Notes: generated by a model from the letters alone, not told the origin. A DNA stretch of 64,000 bases from Candidatus Peregrinibacteria bacterium (GCA_030688025.1 JAUYJL010000009.1:1503-65502), one strand, 5' to 3'; counted from the first letter of the stretch, positions 1 to 11,091 are shown. Translations and numbers: made by a program.

Positions 1-1
1 T

Positions 2-3000
2 TCGCAAGTTCCGGCAAAAGAAAAAAGAGCAACTGCGCTAAGACTGCAGGGCTACATACAGCTATTAAATCAATATGCATCTATGCAGGGAAGGCTTCTT
101 TCGATAGCCGCGACATACGATTTGATGGGGACAAGGCCGGAAAAGAAACCGGAAGACACAGAGAAAAGATCATGGGAAACCGTAGTGGCAGAGGTAAGGC
201 AGGAGGCTGAAAACTCAAACAATGAAGCGAAGATAGTGGCCTCATTTCTAGATATAAAAGGCTACGAAGGGCAGGATATAAATCAGGCATCTTTGTCACG
301 CCTAACGCTCACATTAATTCAAAAAGAAAACGCAGGTTTGGAAGCAAAATATAAGGGAGTCATGGATAATGTTTCAAATGATTACGGGACTTTGGGAAAC
401 ATAATGGATCAATTTGAAAAAGCTCAAGCTGATCCGGATTGGGCGGAAGAACATGGGACAAAACTTGTAAGAATATTCAATCAGGGATCAGAAGCTTATG
501 CAAAAATGATACCTTCGATAGAGGTCGCCAGAGGAAGATTTAAAGAGATGAAATCAGATTTATCTTTAGCTCTTTTTAGCATTCAACATGGGGACAGTCC
601 GCTATTAAAACTGCATCCACAATTAAGAGATGTATACGCGATGGTATTGGAAAATGCGATAAAAAGTGTGGATCAAGTTTTGGATAATCCAAATTCTCCA
701 ATTTCAACACAACAACTCGAAAAATTAAAATTAGCTCAAAGAAATTTCGAAAAAGCAAAAGAAGATTTCTTGAATGGAGTATTAAAAAACATAGCCGTAT
801 TCACGATAATCATGGCGACATCAATAATGGGTGGAATTGCAGGATCATATTTAATTACAGGAGTGCTCAGGACATCATCGATTTTCCTAGTGCCAATAGG
901 GACATCAGCAGGAGGAGTTATCGGATCAAGAATTGGAATGTCGTTAACAAATGCGACGGGGCTTAGTAATTTCGAAAATATTTGGGATCCAAAACAGATG
1001 GGTAAAGATTTCGTTTACGGATATGGCCTTTCTCTAGGAGCTTTAATGACGGCAAAAGGAGCGATAGGCGCGCTGAAGGTTGCCAGCCATTCCAGAAATG
1101 CAAGAGTCGCAACTGGGGCAGCAAGAATGTTAAATACAATCCAGAAAGCAAAAGCATTAACATCACCATTTGAACTTCATAATGTAAGAACATCATTGGC
1201 AAAATTTGGAGCCAAAGTTGGAGAAGAATTTGCGGAAGAAACAATAGAGGAAGGGGTGGGACAAATTGGGCAAAGAATAAATAATCCTTATTTGGAATTC
1301 TTTGTCAGCGTTATAAATTCATCGGACGGAATGAATGTAAAACTAAATATGGCAGGAGTGAATACCAAGAAAGTTGGACTATCCACTGAGGGAAATAAGC
1401 TTACATATACAACAAAAACCCCACTGGAATTTATCGCAAATCTAAAAGCTCAATTCGCAGGAAAAAAAGGATCCTCTTTTGACGCAAAAATTAATCCCGA
1501 TGGAACAATCGGAATTTCAATTTACGGAAAAACTTTACACCAAAGTATTGCGACACTAACCATCCATCCATCGACAAAAGTCGCAACAGACAGCAAAGCG
1601 GTCGAAGCTAAGTCTAGCCGTAAACAAGGCCGAGCGAGGAATCTTGCCGGAAAAATCAGCAATTCAGAAATAGGAGAAACAGCGATGGAAATTATCGATG
1701 AACTTTTTGGAGAAACTGTGAAAAAATCAAAAACTGCATTCTTGAAAACAGTCGCGAAATTCAAGACAATCGGAGTTTATTTAAAAACTAATGCCAAAGA
1801 ATTAGCAACAATTTTTGATGCGAAATTTAAGGAGCAAGGAGTAGCTTTCGGAATGTCCGGAACTCAGGTTTTGCAGATACTTTATGAAACAGTCGCGAAA
1901 TTTACAAAGAAAAAAGGCACGGTATCTTTATACACAGAAGTAGCAAAGCTTAATGACGGTGCAGAACTGGTCCATATTATTGACGATATTCGGTCTTTGT
2001 ATGGAAAAGATGTAAAAGCTTTTAACAGATTTTCTTCTTTGGTTGCGGGGATTAATCCGAAGTATTTGGGCTTTGTGTTATCCTTTATTGAATCGGGACG
2101 TCCGATATATGAAAATAATATTCCTATGCTTGAGGCGTATGTTCAATTTCTTGCAGGACGTACGGCTGTTGATTCTGGAGATTACGAAAATCGTTCAAGG
2201 ATAAATATTACTGCTGAAGATATTCGCTATCTTATTTCAGCCAAGGAAGTTTATGGTGATAATTTGGAAATGTTTAAGGTTTTTTTGGAGGTTTCCAGTA
2301 AGTACGGAGGCATTAAAGAGCTTTATATAGTGAGAGTTGCATATAAAGAAAATACAGAAATGTTTCTTTCGTTCGCCAAAATAATTAAAAACCATGGTGT
2401 TAATGTGGCTAGGAAACTTGCTTCTGATGGAATGCTTGTTTTCGGAAACGATATAGAAATATTCCGCGAATATGTAAGGATTATTTCCATGAGTGGTCAG
2501 AGCATAGAGAATGCTTATCGCAATATAGGTGTTCTTTCTCTAGCACTTAAGCTTCATTCGAGCCTTAATAATGTTCCTTTCTCTCTAAATTACGACCATG
2601 CTCTTTTTGACATATTGCATTCCGGATATAAGTTAATTGGTGATGAACATGCTTTTATTGAGGAATATCTTGTTTTTCGTGAAAAGCATAAAGGGGAACA
2701 GAGGGAGGAGGCAATTTTGAAAAGCTATCTTAAGACAAGAGTCTTTTCTGACAGGGGCTGGGATTTGGGGAAGATTTATTCTGATCTCAAAAAGCTTTTT
2801 CCAGAATATGATCTTTCTGGCGGCATTACCGAGGATAATTGGCAGTTTGTTCTTGTAGCTTACTGTCATGTGGACGAGATGAATGAGGCATCGGAATTCG
2901 ATAATCAAGTTCAGGCACTCATGGATTCCTCGAAAAATTTGATTCTTGAGCGTTTAATTGGGTTGAGGGATCGGGTGCTCGCCAAAGGTTGGGAGGGATT

Positions 3001-6000
3001 GACTCCTCTGGAAGCGAACTTGCTTACTTTTTTGCATGGTGTTCCAAATTATAAGATGATTGACTCTACGGTCAAATTTATCTCGAATCTTAATCCTTCT
3101 GAAGCGGGACATGCGGATTCGTTTAAGACTATCAGGGAAAAATCACAATCTCTTCTTCGTAAATTTGCCCAGAGGGACAGGACTAATCAGGGGAAAAATA
3201 TTAATTATACTCATGCTGACATTGCTTCATTTTACGAAAAGTTTGGGGTAATAAGATGCGACACGAACTTGCTTCTATCCACTATGAGTACATTTGATGC
3301 CCTTCAGGTAGACAGGGAAAATTACGCATTAATGCAGTCTGGAATTATACAGGGAATAACGTCGCTTATTGCGATTGCTTCCGGCAATGTTCAAACTCAT
3401 ATGCCTCGTATTCAATCAATGATGGATAACCTTGCGGTTAAAATTTCGGGGACAGATGATGTTGCGCAACAAAGGGCTATTCTTCAGGAATGTAATACTC
3501 AAATTACGCAGATGCTAAGCAGTTTCTTCGAACAAGAAATGGGATTAAGAAACCTTCCTCCTGTTACGGCGGAAATGATGGAAAAGATTACTCCGTTTAT
3601 AACTTATCTTACAAATATCGCTAAGGTAAGTCAGGAAAAGCGACTAATCCTTTCGTTTTTCATTTCTCTTCAAATTTTTGGGAAGTGGGACGCATTTAAA
3701 CAAGGAGAGGAGATAGATTTATCTACTCATTTTTCAGATGATAATGTGGCTCAACTACAGGCTTATCTGTCAAAAAGAACGGCATATGATATTTTTGCCG
3801 GGTTTGATCAGTCATTTTTTGCGAAGCTTAATGAATCAACTGAAGCTGTCATGGTTGGGGAGAGTGGAGGTATTGTTGGCACACTTGGAGAGATAGATCG
3901 TCATTCGGCTGACTTAAAAGATCCTGATAATTTTAGCGAAACAGAGCGTCATTTATTTGCTGTCGTTCAGAGGTTTGGACCTAAAAAGGTTGGGAAAGCT
4001 CTTTCTATGCGCTTTAAAGATGCCAGTTATTCTGATGAAGTTATAGAGGCTCTTGGGCATATTGATAATGAAAAAGAGACTTTGCCAACATTACAAAAAG
4101 TTGCTCGTATTTTTGGATCTCTTTTGAAATTTCAGGAGACTATTGAGGCGGCAGATATTGATGGGCATGTTCGTCGGCTTGAAAATGCACTTACTCCATC
4201 TTCTCAGGTTATTGCTGTTTTTCAGAAAATAGATGTAGAGATGAGTGGTAATTCCGGGGCTAAACCGATTAGTGATGATATTGAATATCTTGAATCTATT
4301 CTCAATAAAAAGCGGAGTGAGATTACGGAGGAAGAATATAATACTGCAAAGGGGTATTTGGATGGAGTGAGGAAAACTACGATGGAGCTTTATGTTGTTA
4401 AGGATACAATAACAAAGGAGTTTTCATTGCTTGACGAAGCGAGTAAAAAAACAAGTGAATTGAGTGATATATTTAAGTCGAGGCTGAGTACTTTCCGTAA
4501 GATTCTTGTAGTTGAGGCTGGTGATAAGGCTATAACTTTACGTAGCACTATGACCGGCAACCTTAATGATGTTATTGCCCATATTCGCCAGTGCTTGGGA
4601 TGTAAGGAAAAGGAGGTAAATAATGACACTAATCTTACTTTTGGTGATAGAAATCGATTTTTTATTGTTACTCGTGAGTTCAGTATGAATCCATCTCAAA
4701 GTTTATCTGATGAACTTGTTACCGTACTAGAGACAAAAGAAGAGAATGGCGAAAAAAAACTTTCTTTTGTCATGGATAATGTTTACGGAGCTCGTTCCCC
4801 TGATATTCTTGTAACGAATGTTTTGGCTGTTTTGAGAAAATTGAAGTCAATTAGAAATGTGGCAGGTTCAAGATCAATAGATATATTTGTTACAGATGCA
4901 GCTCTTAATAGTTGCGGATTGACTCTTCAACATTTGCAGGAAAAAATTCAAAAAGAATTTGGAAAAGCTTTGTTAAGTGAGACAATAAAGGCTGTCACAG
5001 TTGCTCCATCGGCAAGCGGGGATGGTCACTATGAGATTGGTGGTGTATTTAATGGAAGAGTATCGGCAGTTACTGGTTTTGACGGAAAAGCTGAGGGGGT
5101 CACCGGTAATATTAGAGGAATTGCTATTTCCTTACCGACAGAGGGGAAGGTGGAACCGACGACTAATGTAGAGGGTGGGGAGGTGGTTTCGAAAGCTGAA
5201 ATTCCTGTTGATGTGTCTGATCAATTTTTAGATCTTGATCTTCTAAGAAAAGATTATGCTAGATATTTTTCAGGTGATTTTGAGGCTGAAGTCGCGGTGC
5301 CTTATCGTGCAAAAATGGCTCAGCTTATTGAAATAAAAAATAAGGCAAAAAATTTATCTCCTGTATTTCGAGACAAGGTTAATGCTTATGTTGATGGGAA
5401 AATCAAATCTTTAAATGATGAATTACAGCGTGGCATTTCAAAAGGTGATAGAAGAAGAATTGATGTGGCATTAAAGAAAGTTGATTCTTACAAGGAAGTC
5501 GATCGATTGTTCACTTCGCATGAATCTTCTTCAGGTATTCGGTCGGAAATAAATAAATTACCTGAGCCTGCTAAAAGATATTTAGAAAAACACTTGGCGG
5601 AATCTGAAAGGAAATCTAGCATTCATCCTAGTTCGATAAGTCTTTCTATAACTGAAAGCTTGGTTCAATATGCGACACAGGATCCCGTTTTCTTTGCGTA
5701 TGCTATTGATAAAATTGGACATTTGGAAATGTATCCTGCTCTTTTGGATTCATTAAAAGATTACAAACAAAAAGCTGAAGAATTGGATTCTGTTCTTCGA
5801 GATGCAGTTGAGAAAAAGAAAATTCTAGAAAAATATCCTAGTTTCGATCAGGAAAGCAATTTTTTTAGTGCTCTTAAAGATTTTCAGGAAATTCCTGCGA
5901 AACTTAAAGAAACCAAAACTTATTCAGAAGCTGAGGAATTATTTAGATCAAACTCTTTACCATTGGTGAAGACGGATGCTTATGGTTCAGGGCATTATAT

Positions 6001-7225
6001 GGATGCTTACAATAGTAGGATCTCTCTCAAGCTTGAAAATATATCTAGATTTGATTCTGAAATCTCTGCCAGGGTGAGTGCCCGTGATTTGCCTGAAGTA
6101 TTAAGTATTTTTAATAAACTTGTTGTTCAAGAACAGCGTCGTTATAGTTATAGAAAAGAACCTATTTCTTTCGATGAATTTAAAAATCGTTTTTCAAATT
6201 ACGAAGCATCTGTTAAGAAATTCAGTTCTTTAGATGTTTTTAAAGTTGAGGGAGGCAGGGAGGTGTTTGCGAAAAATAGTCGTGAATCATTAGAGAATTT
6301 CTTGATACAGGAAATTTTGGAAGAAGGTTTTGATCCTAAAGAGGTTGAATCTTCGGTTTTGGCGGAATATGAAAAAGTAAAAAGTTCTGCTTCTGTAACA
6401 ATTAATGTTCATTCAGATGCACTTATTAAAATTTACGAAGAAGGGGAATACAAAGTTTATGAGGAGCTTACGGATAGACATAGAGATGATAAAAACGAGG
6501 TATATTTGAAGGCGCGAAAAGAGGCTGATAAAAAAATTAGCCACGAACGACGTTTTGTGGTTGGAGCCTTGGCAAGCAAAAATGGATACGATGAAGTTAT
6601 TGGTCCTGCTCCTTTTTATGGACATGGCGTGATTACCTTAAAGGCGGATCCTATAAAGGGACGTGTTTCTTTTTTTGAAGGTGATTCGATGTCTACAAGC
6701 ACTGATACCAGAGGAGCTGAGGTTATGCCCAGATGGTTTTTTAGAAAATTGGCAAATGTTGAATCACGTAGGCTTGATTTCGATTCCGCTGTGTTCTCTA
6801 AGGCTTTGATGGAAAGTTATCTTCATCGTAGGAATTTGACTCATATTCATACGTTGTACATTGAAGCGCATGTGCTTGCACCTGTATTGGCAAAAGATTT
6901 TGAATCTGTTACTTATGGGATTTCTGAGACTGCGCCATCTCAGAAATATGAGCAGTTGAGAGTTTTAGCTGAACAAGAGGGGGTTGTTGAGCCAGGAGGT
7001 GAACTTGAACCTGCAAGGATGGAGGCTTTGGCGAAAAAGCATCAAATTGTTTTGGCAGAGAGGCGTGTTCAGCTAGAGGATTCTGCGAGAAAGATGAAGG
7101 AGTCTAGACCTGATGCACCTGCTCTTCAAATTTTGCAATTTACTGGGGATATCAGGACGGTTGATCTTTCTGGTATGGCTGCCGGATCTGCAAAAGAATC
7201 ATTAGAAGGATATAGACGGTTTTAG
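2..7225 (+). CDS. Giant (>2,400 aa) membrane-anchored protein of unknown function; 5' end truncated by the window edge
   Basis: The reading frame is open from nt 2 with no stop before the first listed ATG at 83, so the gene probably starts upstream. Hydrophobic Gly/Ile-rich segments at about aa 235-340 look like transmembrane helices. The rest is a long, mostly helical, Lys/Glu-rich sequence with no catalytic motif I recognise. Confidence 0.75.
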   Translation, partial: SQVPAKEKRATALRLQGYIQLLNQYASMQGRLLSIAATYDLMGTRPEKKPEDTEKRSWETVVAEVRQEAENSNNEAKIVASFLDIKGYEGQDINQASLSRLTLTLIQKENAGLEAKYKGVMDNVSNDYGTLGNIMDQFEKAQADPDWAEEHGTKLVRIFNQGSEAYAKMIPSIEVARGRFKEMKSDLSLALFSIQHGDSPLLKLHPQLRDVYAMVLENAIKSVDQVLDNPNSPISTQQLEKLKLAQRNFEKAKEDFLNGVLKNIAVFTIIMATSIMGGIAGSYLITGVLRTSSIFLVPIGTSAGGVIGSRIGMSLTNATGLSNFENIWDPKQMGKDFVYGYGLSLGALMTAKGAIGALKVASHSRNARVATGAARMLNTIQKAKALTSPFELHNVRTSLAKFGAKVGEEFAEETIEEGVGQIGQRINNPYLEFFVSVINSSDGMNVKLNMAGVNTKKVGLSTEGNKLTYTTKTPLEFIANLKAQFAGKKGSSFDAKINPDGTIGISIYGKTLHQSIATLTIHPSTKVATDSKAVEAKSSRKQGRARNLAGKISNSEIGETAMEIIDELFGETVKKSKTAFLKTVAKFKTIGVYLKTNAKELATIFDAKFKEQGVAFGMSGTQVLQILYETVAKFTKKKGTVSLYTEVAKLNDGAELVHIIDDIRSLYGKDVKAFNRFSSLVAGINPKYLGFVLSFIESGRPIYENNIPMLEAYVQFLAGRTAVDSGDYENRSRINITAEDIRYLISAKEVYGDNLEMFKVFLEVSSKYGGIKELYIVRVAYKENTEMFLSFAKIIKNHGVNVARKLASDGMLVFGNDIEIFREYVRIISMSGQSIENAYRNIGVLSLALKLHSSLNNVPFSLNYDHALFDILHSGYKLIGDEHAFIEEYLVFREKHKGEQREEAILKSYLKTRVFSDRGWDLGKIYSDLKKLFPEYDLSGGITEDNWQFVLVAYCHVDEMNEASEFDNQVQALMDSSKNLILERLIGLRDRVLAKGWEGLTPLEANLLTFLHGVPNYKMIDSTVKFISNLNPSEAGHADSFKTIREKSQSLLRKFAQRDRTNQGKNINYTHADIASFYEKFGVIRCDTNLLLSTMSTFDALQVDRENYALMQSGIIQGITSLIAIASGNVQTHMPRIQSMMDNLAVKISGTDDVAQQRAILQECNTQITQMLSSFFEQEMGLRNLPPVTAEMMEKITPFITYLTNIAKVSQEKRLILSFFISLQIFGKWDAFKQGEEIDLSTHFSDDNVAQLQAYLSKRTAYDIFAGFDQSFFAKLNESTEAVMVGESGGIVGTLGEIDRHSADLKDPDNFSETERHLFAVVQRFGPKKVGKALSMRFKDASYSDEVIEALGHIDNEKETLPTLQKVARIFGSLLKFQETIEAADIDGHVRRLENALTPSSQVIAVFQKIDVEMSGNSGAKPISDDIEYLESILNKKRSEITEEEYNTAKGYLDGVRKTTMELYVVKDTITKEFSLLDEASKKTSELSDIFKSRLSTFRKILVVEAGDKAITLRSTMTGNLNDVIAHIRQCLGCKEKEVNNDTNLTFGDRNRFFIVTREFSMNPSQSLSDELVTVLETKEENGEKKLSFVMDNVYGARSPDILVTNVLAVLRKLKSIRNVAGSRSIDIFVTDAALNSCGLTLQHLQEKIQKEFGKALLSETIKAVTVAPSASGDGHYEIGGVFNGRVSAVTGFDGKAEGVTGNIRGIAISLPTEGKVEPTTNVEGGEVVSKAEIPVDVSDQFLDLDLLRKDYARYFSGDFEAEVAVPYRAKMAQLIEIKNKAKNLSPVFRDKVNAYVDGKIKSLNDELQRGISKGDRRRIDVALKKVDSYKEVDRLFTSHESSSGIRSEINKLPEPAKRYLEKHLAESERKSSIHPSSISLSITESLVQYATQDPVFFAYAIDKIGHLEMYPALLDSLKDYKQKAEELDSVLRDAVEKKKILEKYPSFDQESNFFSALKDFQEIPAKLKETKTYSEAEELFRSNSLPLVKTDAYGSGHYMDAYNSRISLKLENISRFDSEISARVSARDLPEVLSIFNKLVVQEQRRYSYRKEPISFDEFKNRFSNYEASVKKFSSLDVFKVEGGREVFAKNSRESLENFLIQEILEEGFDPKEVESSVLAEYEKVKSSASVTINVHSDALIKIYEEGEYKVYEELTDRHRDDKNEVYLKARKEADKKISHERRFVVGALASKNGYDEVIGPAPFYGHGVITLKADPIKGRVSFFEGDSMSTSTDTRGAEVMPRWFFRKLANVESRRLDFDSAVFSKALMESYLHRRNLTHIHTLYIEAHVLAPVLAKDFESVTYGISETAPSQKYEQLRVLAEQEGVVEPGGELEPARMEALAKKHQIVLAERRVQLEDSARKMKESRPDAPALQILQFTGDIRTVDLSGMAAGSAKESLEGYRRF

Positions 7226-7315
7226 AGAATGAAGAAGTCAAAAGTGAATATTTTCGCTTCCAAAGTCGGAGACATTCTCACGGAAAATGGAAAGAGGTAT
7301 TCGGTTAAATAAACC

Positions 7316-9157
7316 CTAAACCCCAACCACTGCCTTTATTCTCCTTATCCCACCTGAGGAACTTTCTTCTTTTAGAATCTTGAAACTTTTTAATTCGGAT
7401 GTGTTGTTTACATGAGGACCTCCACAAATTTCACGGCTGAAAACTGTGCCTTTTTCGTCCTCTCCCATTGTGTAAACTTTCACTTTTTCACCATATTTCG
7501 ATTCAAAAAGTCCCATCGCACCTTTCGTTTTTGCCTCATCTACAGTCATTTCTTCGTAGTTCACAGGCAAAGCATTTTTTATTTGTTCATTCACAATTTC
7601 TTCAACTTGTTTGATCTGTTCCGGTGTCATTTTCTCTCCATGGCTGAAATCAAATCGAAGTCTTTCTGCCGTGATATTCGAACCTCTCTGCTCGACATGA
7701 GTCCCCAAAACTGTACGCAAAGCTTTATGTAAAAGATGAGTTGCGGTATGCAGTTTTGTGACTTCCTCGCTATGATCCGCAAGCCCTCCGGCAAATTTTT
7801 TGTCAGCTCCGGCACGTGAAAGGTCTTGGTGTTCTTTGAAAAATTTCTCAAAATTTTCAGTAACAAAATCTTTATCTTTTTTATCTTTTATCCATCCGGA
7901 ATTTTGAAGTTCCTCAACTATCATCTCGATAGGAAAGCCATAAGTAGCGAACATTTCAAAAAAGAAATTTTCTGCGAAAACCTTTAATCCTTCGGATTTT
8001 TGACCATCAAATTTTATCATTTCTTTTTTCAAAACAGCAATTCCATTGTTCAAAGTTTTTCCAAATCTTTCTTCTTCCATCGCCATTTCACTAAAAATTC
8101 TTTCCTGATTCTCAAGAAGTTCTGTGTAAAAATCACAATATTTTTTTACAAAAATACCAGCAAGTTTTCTACAAAAATCAACTTCTATTCCGACCTTCCT
8201 TCCATGTCGAATCGCCCTTCTAATAAGCCTTCGTAGCACATACCCCTGATCAACATTTGAAGGAGTAACGGCAAAGCGATCTCCTAAAATAAAAGTACCT
8301 GCTCTCAAATGATCCGAAATAATTCTCTCAGATTTTTGTATTTCTTCATTTGCCTCAGAATAATTCCCAAGAAGCCTTATCTCTTTTATTACCTCATCAA
8401 AAAGCTCAGTTTCAAACGGAGACGCTACCCCGTTCATAACGGTCAAAACACGCTCAAGCCCCATTCCCGTATCGACATTTTGTTGTTTAAGAGGCTCATA
8501 AGTCCCTTCCGTAGTTTTATTGTATTGCATGAAAACATCGTTCCAAATTTCGACCCATTTTACATCATCAGGATCAAACTTCTTTGGGGCTTCTCCTTCT
8601 CCAGTCCAGAAAAACATTTCTGTATCCGGTCCGCATGGTCCGGTAAGTCCGGCAGGCCCCCACCAATTATTCTTTTTCGGCAAAAACGCAATTCTGTCAT
8701 CAGAAACTCCAAGTCCTCTCCATACATTTGCAGATTCTTCATCTTTTGGTGCATCACTATCTCCGGCAAAACAAGAAAAAGCCAAATTTTTCAAAGAAAG
8801 CCCAAGCTCTTTAGTCAAAAATTCAAAACTCATTTTTATGGCTTCTTCCTTGAAATAATCACCGAGAGACCAATTCCCCAACATTTCAAAAAATGTAAGA
8901 TGGCACATATCTCCAACCTCATCAATGTCATCAGTTCTTATACATTTTTGCACATCTGTGAGCCTTTTCCCTTCTGCGTGAGGCGCTCCCATAAGAAAAG
9001 GAACCAGAGGATGCATTCCGGCCGTTGTAAAAAGAACGGTAGGGTCATTCTCAGGGATAAGAGAAGCTCCTTTTATCTCTCTGTGGCCATGTTTCTCGGC
9101 AAAAAAATTAATATAACGATTTCTTAAGTCCTGAGCTGTCAATTTTTGATTATTCAT
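7316..9157 (-). CDS. alaS: Alanine--tRNA ligase, short form lacking the C-terminal C-Ala/DHHA1 domain
   Basis: N-terminus LRNRYINFFAEKHGHREIKGASLIP...TTAGMHPLVPFLMG is canonical class II AlaRS. Editing-domain motifs HTATHLLH (HxxxH) and CGGPH (CxxxH) are present. The protein ends about 25 aa after CGGPH, at 613 aa. Confidence 0.93.
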   Translation of the reverse strand: MNNQKLTAQDLRNRYINFFAEKHGHREIKGASLIPENDPTVLFTTAGMHPLVPFLMGAPHAEGKRLTDVQKCIRTDDIDEVGDMCHLTFFEMLGNWSLGDYFKEEAIKMSFEFLTKELGLSLKNLAFSCFAGDSDAPKDEESANVWRGLGVSDDRIAFLPKKNNWWGPAGLTGPCGPDTEMFFWTGEGEAPKKFDPDDVKWVEIWNDVFMQYNKTTEGTYEPLKQQNVDTGMGLERVLTVMNGVASPFETELFDEVIKEIRLLGNYSEANEEIQKSERIISDHLRAGTFILGDRFAVTPSNVDQGYVLRRLIRRAIRHGRKVGIEVDFCRKLAGIFVKKYCDFYTELLENQERIFSEMAMEEERFGKTLNNGIAVLKKEMIKFDGQKSEGLKVFAENFFFEMFATYGFPIEMIVEELQNSGWIKDKKDKDFVTENFEKFFKEHQDLSRAGADKKFAGGLADHSEEVTKLHTATHLLHKALRTVLGTHVEQRGSNITAERLRFDFSHGEKMTPEQIKQVEEIVNEQIKNALPVNYEEMTVDEAKTKGAMGLFESKYGEKVKVYTMGEDEKGTVFSREICGGPHVNNTSELKSFKILKEESSSGGIRRIKAVVGV

Positions 9158-9234
9158 ATGTTTTAGTGGGTTTTGCTCGCTTATTCTACGAAAAATTACT
9201 TTAACTTACAAGTAAACTGTGACATATTATTCAC

Positions 9235-11085
9235 ATGGGCAAAAAAGCAAATATCAAAAAAATAGTTAGGGAATTAATCAAAGAAAAAGAAGGAAGAGAC
9301 AAGAAAGATAAGCGCAAGATGAAAAAGGAGCTTGTTAAAGGAATACGAAAAGAGGAACAAGCGAAGGAAAATGAAAAAAATACACACGAGAAAAAACGTA
9401 AAACAAAAGAAAAAGAACAAGCAGAAACAATCCATAAGGAAAAAAAAACAAGAATCAGATTATCTTTCAATAGCAAGAAAATATTTGGAGGAGCTCTTGT
9501 AATCATAATGCTTTCAATACTCGTTGCGACCGGATATTTACTGTTTGAAAAGGTCTTTAAATCCATTCCTATAGCCAAATATTTGCCATCGGACAGAACG
9601 ATAGCTTTCCTCGAAATAAACAGTAATTTTAATCACAATCAACTCACGAAAAGTTTTGAATTATTGAAAGATTATCCGGAATATTCAAAACAAAAAGTAC
9701 AAGAATTATTGGAAAAAAAATTATTGGGAAATTATGACAATGATATCAATCCATGGCTTGGCAGAGGGATGGGAGTAGTTTTTCTAAAAGGAAAATCCGA
9801 TGAAAAATCTTTGGATATTATCTATTTTGCAGAAGCAATAAATCAAAATAACGCAAAAAGATTTATAGAGAGCAAAAATACATACATAAAGATGGAGTAT
9901 GTCGGATATGAAGTTTACTCATCTCAAAGCGGTGAAAACATAGCTTTCGTAGACAGTTATTTAGTCTACACTCAAAACAAAAAAGCGATGGAAGATTTAT
10001 TGAATTTCGAAAAATCCAATGAAAAATCTGTATTTTTATCCGATAAGTATTCAAGGATATCAAACAACATGCCTATCAATAAAATGGCTTTCTTGTACGT
10101 AAATTTCAACCAAATCTCGGAAGAGTTTTTGAAAAACATCCCATTGTTAAAAGATTTTGATATAAATTTTAAGCAATTATTGCCTCTAATAAAACTCATG
10201 GATTCCGACGGCATGGTTCTTGTTGCGATGAATGACAAATTTGCGATTCAAAGCTTTTTAAATTTGACCATAGATAAAGTAAAAGAAGAAAAATATATAA
10301 AAATGAATGAAAAATATTCTGCAAACATTGCGCAGTATGTGGGAGAAAACGCATTGGCATTTTATGGCGGACAAAATGTTGAAAGCCAAATCAAACGTAT
10401 CATAGAGGTATTATCAAGTGGTAAACAAGAAGTGGTGGAAAATTTCGATAAAGTCTTACAAAATTACACTCAAAAATATTTTGGTTCGGAAGTGCTATTC
10501 AATTTGGACATAATGCCTTTACTGAAAAATGAATACGCTCTTGCGATAGAGAATGAAGGAGGAAAGCCAATCTACAAATTTTTTCTTGAACTTTCTGATA
10601 AAGAAAAAGACATGGAAAGGCTGGAAAAAATAGCTGATAATTTTGCAAAGATAGGAGGAGTTTTTAGACAAGAAATAGTCGAACATATTTTACCGGACGG
10701 TACTCCATCAAGAGAGATTATTGCTATTCCTGAAGCCATAAATAAAGAGTCCGAAGATTACAAAGGCATAAAAATTACGGCACTTCACGTAGGAGCAGAA
10801 TCAAAAGGATTCTTTTACGCAACAATAGAAAATGTTGCTGTAATTTCTGATAGCTTAGCCGGAATCAAAAACAGCACAGATTTAAAAGAGAATAAAAATA
10901 ATCTAAAAATTTCTGAAACATTTAAAAAATTAATTGAGCCGGTCTTAAAGAATTCAGACGAAATTTCATACTTTAATCTTGCAAAATTATTACCAAATCT
11001 GCCGTTGCCGGTCTCGGAAATCAGTGGCGGTAATAATTATTTTGATGACGGAATTGTCTCAATCAATTACTTGCATGTTAAATAA
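9235..11085 (+). CDS. Membrane-anchored hypothetical protein with a Lys/Glu-rich N-terminus
   Basis: 616-aa ORF. A highly charged K/E-rich first ~75 aa is followed by one hydrophobic helix (GGALVIIMLSILVATGYLLF) and a large extracytoplasmic-looking domain. Family not recognised with confidence. Confidence 0.6.
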   Translation: MGKKANIKKIVRELIKEKEGRDKKDKRKMKKELVKGIRKEEQAKENEKNTHEKKRKTKEKEQAETIHKEKKTRIRLSFNSKKIFGGALVIIMLSILVATGYLLFEKVFKSIPIAKYLPSDRTIAFLEINSNFNHNQLTKSFELLKDYPEYSKQKVQELLEKKLLGNYDNDINPWLGRGMGVVFLKGKSDEKSLDIIYFAEAINQNNAKRFIESKNTYIKMEYVGYEVYSSQSGENIAFVDSYLVYTQNKKAMEDLLNFEKSNEKSVFLSDKYSRISNNMPINKMAFLYVNFNQISEEFLKNIPLLKDFDINFKQLLPLIKLMDSDGMVLVAMNDKFAIQSFLNLTIDKVKEEKYIKMNEKYSANIAQYVGENALAFYGGQNVESQIKRIIEVLSSGKQEVVENFDKVLQNYTQKYFGSEVLFNLDIMPLLKNEYALAIENEGGKPIYKFFLELSDKEKDMERLEKIADNFAKIGGVFRQEIVEHILPDGTPSREIIAIPEAINKESEDYKGIKITALHVGAESKGFFYATIENVAVISDSLAGIKNSTDLKENKNNLKISETFKKLIEPVLKNSDEISYFNLAKLLPNLPLPVSEISGGNNYFDDGIVSINYLHVK

Positions 11086-11091
11086 CTGTGC

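Noticed and set aside
7229-7312. 27-codon ORF (MKKSKVNIFASKVGDILTENGKRYSVK) between the giant gene and alaS
   Set aside because: It is too short, has no recognisable family or clear ribosome-binding site, and cannot be supported from sequence alone.
7412-9127. Several plus-strand ORFs inside alaS, plus similar antisense ORFs inside mutS, mutL, murG, the purP genes, the nucleotidyltransferase gene and the giant ORF
   Set aside because: Each is fully embedded antisense in a confidently identified gene and has low-complexity, Phe/Ser/Ile-rich composition typical of AT-rich antisense frames.
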